DNA of 64,000 bases from assembly GCA_963796315.1 (NCBI GenBank), contig CAWCLH010000019.1:256676-320675 (forward strand), in the 5' to 3' direction. The translations under genes were made by a program, and so were the position numbers. Numbering within the stretch: position 1 is the stretch's first letter; every line of letters starts with the position of its first letter. The stretch comes from an uncultured Actinomycetota bacterium. GTDB taxonomy: Bacteria; Actinomycetota; Thermoleophilia; RBG-16-64-13. Positions 50,667 to 60,799 of the stretch are shown piece by piece. The notes under the pieces are model-generated. The model did no database searches, had not been told where the DNA came from, and saw only the letters and a program-made list of their open reading frames with translations.

Positions 50667-51857
50667 ACTCCAGACGTGTCTGTGTCGTAACCACCTCTCG
50701 CTCCGACTACGGGCTGCTCCGCTGGCTCATGCGGGCAATCCAAGAAGACGAGGAACTGAGACTGCAGGTGATCGCGACCGGGATGCATCTCTGTCCCGAA
50801 TTCGGGCTCACCTACCGAGATATCGAGGCGGACGGCTTTCAGATCGATCGGAAGATCGAGATGGTGCTTTCCGCTGATACCGACAGGGCAGTCACGAAGT
50901 CAATCGGGATAGGTCTACTGGCGTTTGCCGATGCTGTCGAGGATCTACGCCCTGACATTGTCGTCATCCTTGGGGACCGCTTCGAACTGCTCTCCGCGGC
51001 TATCGCGGCTCTGATTGCCAAGATACCTCTCGCGCATATCCACGGTGGGGAGACAAGCCAGGGCGCCATTGACGAGAGTGTAAGGCATGCCATAACGAAG
51101 ATGGCTTCGTTGCATTTCGCGGCAACAGAGGCGTACCGACAGAGAATCATCCAGATGGGCGAGGAGCCTCAGGCTGTCTTCGCATTCGGTGCTCCCGGTT
51201 TGGATGCATTGCGTCACATCACGCTCCTGACCAAAGAGGAACTTGAATCGCGTCTCGATTTCCGAATCCAGAGCCCGGCCGCCATTGTGACGTACCATCC
51301 GGTCACGCTCGAGAAAGACACTGCGGAGGCCCACATCAAGAGTCTCCTTAGCGCATTGCTGGAGGAGGGGATCCGGGCTGTCTTCACAAAAGCGAACGCA
51401 GATCCGCAGGGTCGATTGATCAACGATATCATTGCCGATTTCTGCCGGAATCGTCCTGATGACTATAGACTTTTTGACAATCTTGGCCAGCGAGTGTACT
51501 TAAGCTGTCTAAGCAATTTCGACATGATGATTGGGAATTCGTCCAGCGGTCTCATTGAAGCGCCCTCATTCAGGCTTCCAGTCGTCAACGTCGGTGACAG
51601 GCAGAAGGGGCAGAATCAGGGCGCTGAACGTCATAGATGTTGGTTGCTCCGTTTCGGAGATCTCGTCTGGTATCAGCAAGGCGTTCTCCAAATCTTGGAG
51701 GGAAGGATTAAAGGACGTCCAAAATCCATATTTGGGTTGTGCCGACGGTGATGTGAGTTTCTACATCAAGGAAGAGCTTAAAGGGATTGAACTTGGTGAA
51801 TCGCTCTTGAAGAAGGCTTTTCACGACATCCCCCGGAGCGGAGAGACCAGGATATGA
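50648..51857 (+). pseudogene. neuC: Hydrolysing nucleotide-sugar 2-epimerase, NeuC/LegG family; one +1 frameshift near 51610
   Basis: RVCVVTTSRSDYGLL, VVILGDRFELLSAAIAALIAKIPLAHIHGGETSQGAIDESVRHAITKM and GNSSSGLIEAPSFRLPVVNVGDRQKG, then the tail in the next frame. Confidence 0.85.
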
Positions 51858-52558
51858 TGGACGGCGAACGAGTCATTGCGGTGATTCCCGCGCGCGGGGG
51901 CAGCAAAGCCGTCCCACGCAAGAACATCGCGCCTCTCGGTGGAAAGCCGCTGATCGTCTGGTCGATTGAAGTCGCGCGGTCCGTCGATCTGATCGACCGT
52001 GTCGTTGTTTCCACCGACGATGAGGAGATCGCTGCCGTGGCGTCGCAACATGGTGCCGAGGTGTACCTCCGGCCGCCGCATCTGGCCACGGATGAGGCAC
52101 TCGTCATTGATGCGATACGGGACCTGATCCAGACGATGCGTGCCGAAGGAGAGGAAGCGCCTGTCATGGTTCTCCTGGAACCAACCTGTCCGTTTCGGTC
52201 CGTCGCTGACGTGGCGGCATGCCTGACCGAACTCGCGAAAGAAGGCATGGATTCGGTGGCGACTTTCAAGGAGGCGGACCTGAATCCTCACCGGGCCTGG
52301 GTCATCACGGACGGCAGACCGGCCCCGTTCATTCCTGGTGCGAACCCCTGGCAGCCTCGCCAGAAGCTCCCTCCGGCGCATCAACTCAACGGGGCTGTCT
52401 ATGCCTTTCGCGCTGACCGACTCCCCGATGATGGCGTGGCCCTGCTGTATGGTCGCAGCGGGGCTGTTCTCATGCCGCCGGAGCGGTCTATCGACGTGGA
52501 CACCGAGTTCGATTTCGCCGTCGCAGAGACACTGCTGAGATATGGAGGATCTAGATGA
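51854..52558 (+). CDS. neuA: CMP-nonulosonic acid synthetase (acylneuraminate cytidylyltransferase, NeuA/LegF family)
   Basis: Intact 234 aa. [27 protein letters not shown] and LLEPTCPFR. Confidence 0.88.
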   Translation: MMDGERVIAVIPARGGSKAVPRKNIAPLGGKPLIVWSIEVARSVDLIDRVVVSTDDEEIAAVASQHGAEVYLRPPHLATDEALVIDAIRDLIQTMRAEGEEAPVMVLLEPTCPFRSVADVAACLTELAKEGMDSVATFKEADLNPHRAWVITDGRPAPFIPGANPWQPRQKLPPAHQLNGAVYAFRADRLPDDGVALLYGRSGAVLMPPERSIDVDTEFDFAVAETLLRYGGSR

Positions 52559-53355
52559 CTGTCACGCTGAAGGATCTCTTCTCGCTGGAAGGTCGTACCG
52601 CTCTAGTGACCGGCGGGGCTGGGTTTCTTGGATCCGCCATGTGTGAAGCCCTCGCCGAGCTCGGCGCAAGTGTTGCCATCGCGAGCCGCGACGAGCAGAA
52701 ATGCAGGAATGCAGCGGCAGCCATCCAGGAGGAGTTTGGCGGCAGCAGTCGCGCGATCGGGCTGCCGCTGGACCTTCTCGAACCCCAGTCGATCACTGCT
52801 TGCGTCGAAGCGGTGGAGCGGGAATTCGGCCGGCTGGACATCCTCATCAACAATGCATGGTCGGGGAACAAGAACACGTGGGAGAGCATCTCCGAGAAGG
52901 ACTGGCTCTACGACATCGACATGAGTCTCAACTCGCCCTTTAGGATGATCAAGGCTGCCTTCTCGATGCTGAAGGAGCAGCGTGGGGTGATTTTGAACAT
53001 CGGGTCGATGTACGGTCACGTAGCGCCTGACTATCGGATCTACGATGGGAAGGAATTTGCCAATCCGCCTAGCTATGGTGCGGCCAAGGCCGGCGTGATC
53101 CAATTCACCAAGTATCTCTCGAGCTTCCTGTCGCCGTATGGCATACGTGTGAACGCTCTTAGTCCCGGCGCCTTCCCCCATCCACCGACCAGAGAGCACA
53201 AGGTGTTCTTGGACAAACTCTCCGCCAAGAACCCCCTCGGTCGGGTCGGTGACCCGCCGGACCTCAAGGGTGCGGTTGCGCTGCTGTGCAGCGACGCCGG
53301 CGCCTACATCACCGGCCAGAACATCTGTGTCGACGGTGGGTGGGCAGTGTGGTAA
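52555..53355 (+). CDS. Short-chain dehydrogenase/reductase (SDR)
   Basis: Intact 266 aa. [22 protein letters not shown] .. YGAAKAG. Confidence 0.85.
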   Translation: MTVTLKDLFSLEGRTALVTGGAGFLGSAMCEALAELGASVAIASRDEQKCRNAAAAIQEEFGGSSRAIGLPLDLLEPQSITACVEAVEREFGRLDILINNAWSGNKNTWESISEKDWLYDIDMSLNSPFRMIKAAFSMLKEQRGVILNIGSMYGHVAPDYRIYDGKEFANPPSYGAAKAGVIQFTKYLSSFLSPYGIRVNALSPGAFPHPPTREHKVFLDKLSAKNPLGRVGDPPDLKGAVALLCSDAGAYITGQNICVDGGWAVW

Positions 53356-54275
53356 CGAAAGTCGGAATCTTAGGCCTGAGTCCAGGAAACGGACATCCGT
53401 TCTCTTTCTCGGCCATCATCAACGGCTTCGATGATGAAGGTATGGCCCGGTCAGGGTGGCCGGGCATCCATGACTACCTGAAGCGTCGCGACGCCTCCGA
53501 ATTCGGCATCGACGGCCTGCAGGTCACCCATGCGTGGACTCAGGACGAAGACACGACACGCACTCTGTGCTCGGCCTGCCGTATTCCCTCCGCTGTTGGT
53601 CGGCGGGAGGAGATGCTTGGAAACGTCGACGCCGTTATCATTGCGCGTGACGACCACGAGACCCACCTTGAGATGGCACGACCGTTCCTGGAGGCCGGGT
53701 TACCCGTCCTGGTCGACAAGCCCCTTGCCTTGGACGCCAGTGCCCTCGGCTTCTTCAGAAGCTATCTTGGAGGAGGGCAAGCTCATGTCCTGCTCTGGAA
53801 TGAGGTACGCGAAGGAGTTGGACGACGTGCGTGCATCCCTGGCGGCAATCGGCCCGCCGTTGTTGGTGCGGGGAGCGATAGTCCTCTCGTGGGAGAAATA
53901 CGGTATCCATCTCATAGATGCCGTATTTGGCGTTACGGGGGCACGCCCAGTCTCGGTCGTCGCTCTCGATACCGCGCACAGTTCGATGGGAATCGCCATG
54001 GACGACGGTTCTCTTCTCCAAATCGATGCTCTCGGCGAGGCGCCTCCGACGTTTCGGTTGGATTTCTGGGCGGCCACGCGCTCATGGACGCTGCGAGATC
54101 ACCGACAACTTCTCCATGTTCCGACGAATGCTGTGGCATTTCGCCGAGATGATGCGGAACCGGACGGCCGGAGGTGCCCGTTCAGGACACTCTGGACGCC
54201 ATGCGGCTACTCATCGCGGGCAACCTTGCGAAGAAGACGGGAAAGAAGGTGCTGCTCAGTGACATCGCACTATAG
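53349..54275 (+). pseudogene. Gfo/Idh/MocA-like oxidoreductase; three +1 frameshifts
   Basis: GTG overlaps the SDR stop. KVGILGLSPGNGHPFSFSAIING .. AVIIARDDHETHLEMARPFLEAGLPVLVDKPLA. Switches near 53765, 54085 and 54170. The end ..KKVLLSDIAL* stops at 54273-54275. Confidence 0.65.
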
Positions 54276-55083
54276 GGACCTCTTCTCTCTTCGCGGGAAG
54301 ATGGCGATCGTCACGGGAGGCCTTGGGATTCTCGGCCGCGGGTTCTGTCGCGGACTGGCCGAATTCGGAGCGGACATCGCCGTCGTCGACCTCGACGGCG
54401 AGGCCTGCGCGCGCTTTGCTCAGGAACTCACGGACAGCGTGGAGTCCGGGCTGCAGGCGTCGGGTGCGACGTCGCCGATCCTGATTCGGTCGAGGCGATG
54501 GTTCGCCGTACGGTGGAACTTCTAGGCGGAGTGCATGTCCTCCACAACAACGCGGCTTCGAAATCGGCGAATCTCGACGCCTTCTTTGCGCCCTTCGAAG
54601 AGTATTCGCCTGGACGAGTGGCGGAAGGTGATGGCCGTTAACATCGACGGCATGTTCCTTGTCGCCAAAGCGGTGGGACGGCAGATGATCAGACAGAGGA
54701 CCGGCGGAAGCATCATCCAGACGGCGTCGATCTACGGCATCCGCGGTTCGGACAAGAGGATCTATGAAGGTTCTTTCTATCTGGACCGGCAGATAAGCAA
54801 TCCGGCCGTCTACTCCACCTCGAAGGCCGCGGTCGTGGGGTTGACCAAGTACCTCGCTGCCTACTGGGCAGACCAGGGGATACGGGTCAACACGCTGGTG
54901 CCGGCGGGCGTCGAGAGCGGGCAGAACGAGACCTTCAAAGCGCGGTATGCGGCGCGGGTCCCGATGGGCAGGATGGCCCGAGCGGACGAGATGGTCGGCG
55001 CCCTAATCTACCTGGCCTCGGATGCGTCCAGCTACGTGACGGGCCAGAATCTCGTCGTCGATGGCGGGTTAAGCGCTTGGTAG
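54259..55083 (+). pseudogene. Short-chain dehydrogenase/reductase (SDR); two compensating frameshifts (about 54430 and 54605)
   Basis: KMAIVTGGLGILG, LHNNAA (shifted frame), ASIYG .. YSTSKAAVVGLTKYLA, YVTGQNLVVDGGLSAW*. Confidence 0.8.
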
Positions 55084-55102
55084 TAGGACGACAGCGCGCC
55101 TT

Positions 55103-56114
55103 GTGAGTCTCTACGTGAATCGCCGCGTCACGATCGTCATGTACCATTTCGTGCGTGAGCTGAAGCGCAGCCGATTCCCCGACATCAAAGGACTCTCAAT
55201 CGAGGAGTTCCGCGGCCAGATAGAGTACATCCGCCGGCACTACAGCGTTGTCGGCGTGCCGGACCTGCTTGCCGCGCTCGGGTCCCCGACCGATCCCTGC
55301 CGCCGCGCGCGCTCCTGTTGACCTTTGATGACGGCTACCGCGATCATTTCGACACTGTCCTGCCCATTCTGGTGGAGAACGGCCTCACTGGATGCTTCTT
55401 CCCGCCGGCAAAGGCAGTGACTGAACACGAGGTACTCGACGTCAACAAGATCCACTTCATCCTTGCCGCCGTTCCGGACAAGGACGCGTATCCTCGACTC
55501 ACTCTTCGCCTTGGTCGATGCCGCCAGGGGGGAGTACTCCCTACGGAATCGCGACGACTATATTGAGCAGCTCGCGCATCCCAACCGTTTCGACACGGCC
55601 GAGGTGATCCTCATCAAGCGGCTGCTGCAGCGGGAACTGCCGGAGACCCTGCGAAAGAGGATCACCGGTGAGCTCTTCCGGCGGTTTGTCACCGAGGATG
55701 AAGCCGCCTTTTCGCAGGAGCTGTACATGGACACGGCCGAGCTGCGCGTGATGAGAGAAGCAGGGATGCATATCGGTAGTCACGGCTTCGATCACTACTG
55801 GCTTGATTCGCTGGATGAGCAGGCTCAGATGCGCGAGATAGATCTATCGCTGCGCTTTCTCCGTGCGAGTGGGATACGACACCGAGAACTGGGTCATCGG
55901 CTATCCCTACGGCGCCTACAACGATTCGCTCCTGCGCATCCTCAGGCAAAGAGGCTGCAGAGCCGGTTTCACCACCGAGGTTCGTGTCGCCGACATCGAT
56001 CACGACGACCCGTTGACGCTGCCGCGGCTCGACACGAACGATCTGCCCAAGCGGGCGGATGCGGCGCCTAACGCGTGGACGATGCGGCGTGTCACAGGGG
56101 AGGTTGCCACGTGA
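55103..56114 (+). pseudogene. Polysaccharide deacetylase-family protein; at least 3 frameshifts
   Basis: VTIVMYHFV .. LLTFDDGYRDHFDTVLPIL .. MHIGSHGFDHYWL .. VIGYPYGAYN, read over three frames. Confidence 0.7.
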
Positions 56115-57406
56115 CTGTGATGATGAGGATCCTCGAGGACCTCACCCCGCTGAATCGGACCATGTGCTCGACGTGACTACGACCGGGCCGTGGAGTACAT
56201 GCGAGCAGCTGCTGCCGTTCGAGGTCTTGTCGTACTCCTCCGCGTCGGAGGAGCACAACGGCTGGGTCATCCCGCCCAGGTGGGATGTGTCGGAGGCCAG
56301 CATCACCAAGGATGGCCGACTCGTCTACGACGGTACGTGGCATCCGCTGGGCGTCATCGCCCTCTCGGCCCCCTTCGAGGGCACGGTGTCCCGAGAGGTG
56401 CTTGAGGGACCACCTGCACTATGACCATCGCTACAGCGACTCGCTGACTTATCATTTCCGGCAGCAGTTCCGCACGTGGGATCGAGAATGGGGTTTCTGC
56501 GTTCCCAAGGACGTCTACGACGCGTTGGAACCCGGTGACTACAACGTCCGCATCGTGACGGACGAAGCGCCCGGCGTGTTGAAGGTCCTCGTGGGCACGC
56601 ACACGGGCTCACTGCCGTATTCCATCGCCCTGTGTGCGAATCTCGATCATCCCGGTGTGGCCAACGATGGGCTTGGCCGGGGTGGCTGTGGGGGTGGAGG
56701 TCTTTCGGCGGCTGCAGGACAGGGCGACGAAGTACACCTACAAGTTGGTGCTCGCGCCCGGCATCCTCGGCACGGAGTACTACCTCGGCAAGCTTGCGCC
56801 GGAGGAACGAGGGAGCATCCTCGAATGCCTTTGCCTGTGGATGTTGGGCTCGCGCACGGAACTCGCCCTCCAGGAGTCGCGCGGCGTCCCGCTCGAACAT
56901 CGAGCACGCCATGGCCGCCGTCATGGACGCCCAGGCGATACCGTATCGCCGAGGCGAGTTCGAGAGCATCATCATCAACGACGAGTACCTCTGGGAGGCC
57001 TACGGCATCCCCACGAGCTCGCTGTCCCGATTCCCGTACCCGGAGTATCACTCTTCGCGTGACGACATCTCGATCATGAGCGAGGAACACCTCGAGGAGG
57101 CCGTCGCCATTGTCCTCGGGGCGATCGAAGAACTCGAGGCTACCGCCACTGGTGGAGAAGCGGTTTGAGGGCACTATTTGCCTGTCCAATCCACGCTACG
57201 GTCTGTACGTGGATCCCGGCCAGATCTCCTTCGGCGAGGGAGTCAGCGAAGAGCAGCGCCGACTCCGCATGTTGCAGGACTACCTGCCGACACTGCGGCT
57301 TCCGGTAACTATCCGGAATCTCGCATCGCGATTCGAACTGTCGGAAGCAGATGTCTTGGACTATCTACGGAAGTGGGACGAGAAAGGCCTTGTCACGATT
57401 TGGTAG
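56111..57406 (+). pseudogene. Aminopeptidase-like domain protein with a C-terminal winged helix (COG4310 / DUF2172-DUF4910 type); at least 6 frameshifts
   Basis: GTG overlaps the deacetylase stop (GTGA). The reconstructed protein reads MMRILEDLTPLNRTMCS .. NGWVIPPRWDV .. LCANLDHPGVANDGL .. YTYKLVLAPGILGTEYYL .. RFPYPEYHSSRDD .. LASRFELSEADVLDYLRKWDEKGLVTIW*. Confidence 0.55.
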
Positions 57407-57668
57407 TAGTTGGATTCAGTTCTTTCCCACTGGTGCTAGCTGGGCGCGTCCGACGTTCACTGACTAGTCGAGGCCGATGTCAAAACTCTGGCTAGGCGAC
57501 TTGGGGAGTCGCACTTGCTGCAGTGAGCAACCCGGACTGACGCCAGTATTAAATCATATAGTATGCACACGCAAGGCTGTGTATATGTTGTCTCGTTTGT
57601 CGTTCTTCTAATTCAATAAGGATGCGTAGTCCGTCTCTTAGCCTAGGTGCTGAGATCGGCGTATCCGA

Positions 57669-60226
57669 TTGCATGCGGCAGATGAAGAGAGTAGCCTCGG
57701 TAAGACGCCTCACGCAAGGACCGAACCGCACGGAAGTGCGCCGGTCGTGGCCTGCTCGATGGGGCTTGGTGGGCGCACCGACTCAGCGGCTTCGCGACAG
57801 AGAGGCAGGTCCTTGTCCCGACTCGTTCGCTCGCTGAGGGCAGAACTCAGGTGGGTTGCGGCGCTCGCCCTGGCGCCGTGGATTGCCGTAGCACTCGCGA
57901 CCGGCGGCCCAGTCGTCGCGGTCCACCTGCTGGTTTCGCTTGCCGTCCTCGGCGGGCTGGGCGTGATTGCCCTGCGCCTTGGAATGGCCGAACGGCGCGG
58001 GGAGGCACTCGTCCTGCTCGCCATCCCAGTTGGATTCGTCTTCGCGGCCGCGCTCCTCGCGCTCTCAGCACGGCTCTCTCTTTCGCTTCGAGTCACCGGC
58101 TGGGGCTTGGCGGTCATCGGCTTGGCGGGACTCCTCCTCGTGCAACGGGAATGGCGGGGCTTGGCTCGCGAGAGCCTTCGGTACGGGATTGCCTATGTTG
58201 TGTTGTCCGCCGTGATTTGCGGTGTGTACTTCGCGCCGGGCGCATTGCAGGACGGAGTCACGACCTCAGAGGGTGCATTCCAATGGATGTATGTCGATAC
58301 GCAGAACCACATGGCGGTCGCTTCGGCTGTGAAGACGGACCACGGTCAGCCGAAGATGCCCGGATTGGCGACCGCCCCGCTCACCTATCACTTCGCACCG
58401 TTCGCGGCGGCGGGTGCGCTGTCGACAATGACAGGCTTGCCGATTCCGGATGCGCTCGCGCGGGTCGTACGGGGTATCGGTCTACTGGCGCTTCTACTGG
58501 CTGCACTCGGGTGCGGTCGTGTCCTGGGGAGGCGCCTCGGGGGTGCCGCCTTGGGGGGTATTGCCTCGGTGGTCGGACTGTTCTTCTACGGGTCGCTCTC
58601 CGCCCTCTTCGTGCCTCAAGCTAATTCGTCGTCCGCGGCCGGCCTTCCGGCATTACTCTTCTCGGTGCCGGGCCTCGCCGTCGTTCACGACGCCGGGTGG
58701 TTCTCTCACCTCGTTCTGGGGCATTCCGAGCTGTGGGGGGGATCGGCATTTTCGTTACGCTCGCGCTCGTCGCCGATCGTCTGACGTCTGTCGAGCATGC
58801 CCGGCTTCCCATCGACCTACTGATCGTCCTGCCGGCGCTCGTTGCGTGTCTCAACGTGATCGCTGGCATCGGCATCGTGGGGGTCGTGGTCGCGGTCTAC
58901 GCGCTTCTGGGTCTTCGCCACAAGCGTGCCCTGATCGCTTCGGTCGGCACTCTTTTGGCCGCCATTCTCGTTGCATGGATCATGGGCTACGTCGGTAGCG
59001 CCTCCGCGTCGGGGGTCGCGTTCGACCTTGGGTATTCTGCGAAGGCGCTTACGCTCTGGAAATGGCTGTTTGTCGGCTTGGGCGTTCGGATAGTGGCGGC
59101 GGCTTGGCTGCGCCGCTGGCGAGCAGACCCAGTCGCGTGGGTCCTGATCGCATTCGTGGTGGGCTACCTCGCGATGGGCTTCCTACTGCGTGACGACTTC
59201 GACGAACACAATCTCTACGCACTGAAGTTCCTGCAGGGGATTCTGAGCGTGTTCGCATTCGCTTGGCTGGGTGCCATTTGGGCGAGAGCGAAACCCCACT
59301 GGAGTGAGACCGCCGCGCGCGAGTTGCTGTGGTGGTCTTGGCGGCTCGGTGGGCTTCTGTTGATGGCCGATGTCGCTGCCGTGGGTCTAACGGCGATTCG
59401 TGGCGACGCGACGCCTAGATCGCTGCTGTTGGCGACGGTTGGCGCCCTGGCGGTCACGCTGGCGGCCGCCGCCCTACTAGCCTGGCGGCGGCGTGCGCCG
59501 ACCGGGTGGCGGTCGGCATCGGCTGCCGTGCTCATTGTGGTGGCCGTTGGTTTAGCAGCGTGGCTACCCTCATGGATGGGATACGGTCTCAACCGCCTGC
59601 ACGTGGAGGTCACTCTGTCTTCCGACGAGGTAGCAGCGCTTCGGTGGGTGCGCAACACATCCGGTCCGGACGCGCTCATAGCGACCAATCATCACGCCAT
59701 CGAACAGTTTCGAGTCCGCCCGGACCGTTCATACGGATACCGCGTGATCGCAGAGCGCCCGGTGCTGTTGGAAGGCTGGGAGTACGGGGAGAAACTCGCG
59801 CCATCGTTTGCCACAGTTCGCCGTGACAACGACGTGCTATTCCACGCGACAGACCCCGACTCGGCCCGCGCGGTGGTCCAACGATACGGCATTCAATTCA
59901 TTGTCATGGCCCCAAAGACCGACTTGCACATCACGGCAGCGCCCTGGTTGCGGCTCGCCGCGCAGTTCGGATCGGTGAAGGTGTACCGAACCAACGCGGC
60001 TCGTGTCGGGGAATCTGACCAGGGAGGTCCCCGCACCACGCGCTGCGTCCTTTATCCATCCCCAGATTCGGTCCCGTCACATAGCCGATGCGTCCGACGC
60101 CAGATGGACCATGGCACCAACCAGTCGTCAGCCGTCGCCATCCGCCCCATCGGGACCCGCGCCGCATACTCTTGCTCGAAGTCTTCGTTCCGGCGGCTCT
60201 CGACGTCGGCGAGTACAAGTGTGTAG
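57669..60226 (+). pseudogene. Large polytopic membrane protein with a C-terminal soluble domain (GT-C-like glycosyltransferase/polymerase candidate); one frameshift near 58740; 3' end uncertain
   Basis: About 15 hydrophobic segments across ORFs 57669-58784 and 58697-60226, joined at HLVLGHSELWGG|IGIFVTLALV. Soluble tail ..RWVRNTSGPDALIATNHH..VLLEGWEYGEK..QFIVMAPK. Beyond about 60010 the frame runs antisense through an SDR remnant. Confidence 0.5.
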
Positions 60227-60600
60227 GTCCGGATACCCCTGTCTGCCACTCCCGGCCCTTGCGAGCATAGCCGAGCGCGGCACCTCGAGGAGGCTGCACG
60301 CGACATTCAGACGGCGCGGGGCAGGTGTTTCCTCCTCTCCTGTGTGAGGTCATCGGATCAAAGGGCGCCCCTTCTAGGCCTCCTTGAGGATGTCGATGTC
60401 CAAGAGCAGATTCGCCCATCTTCTGCTTGTGGCGCTTGGGCTGTTCGCCCTCAGGGGCTTCTTCACCCTTGGCATCGAGCGCAGCCCGCCTACTTTGCCG
60501 TCCAACGTTGGACGTTCTCCGGGATCTCTTCCGACACCATAACCACCTCCTCCCGTGATGCAATCACGGCTTATGGGTAGCTCCAACGGGGAGGGGAGCA
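60010..60600 (-). pseudogene. Decayed SDR paralogue (inverted relative to 54259-55083)
   Basis: Minus-strand fragments ITGGGGYGVG .. DIDILKEA .. GGN..PRGAALGYA .. GIRTYTLV..EQEYAARVPMGRMATADD .. YVTGPNLGMDKGRSAW. A 23-nt identity TATGCGGCGCGGGTCCCGATGGG is shared with 54945-54967. An internal deletion and frameshifts are present. Confidence 0.55.
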
Positions 60601-60799
60601 CAATAAACCCCCGTCTTTGCGGGCTGCCTTCTGGGCCGTGGTCTCGCCCTACGAAATGCGCACGACAAGCGCCGCCATCGCTTGGCTGTCCAGCGCTGCA
60701 CACTCTCCCGGATCTCCTCCGACGAGGGTGCCACCACCTGGGGCAACACGCGACGCCGCATTTTGACGAGGGCATAACGGCAGCGGAGAAGGATAAGCG

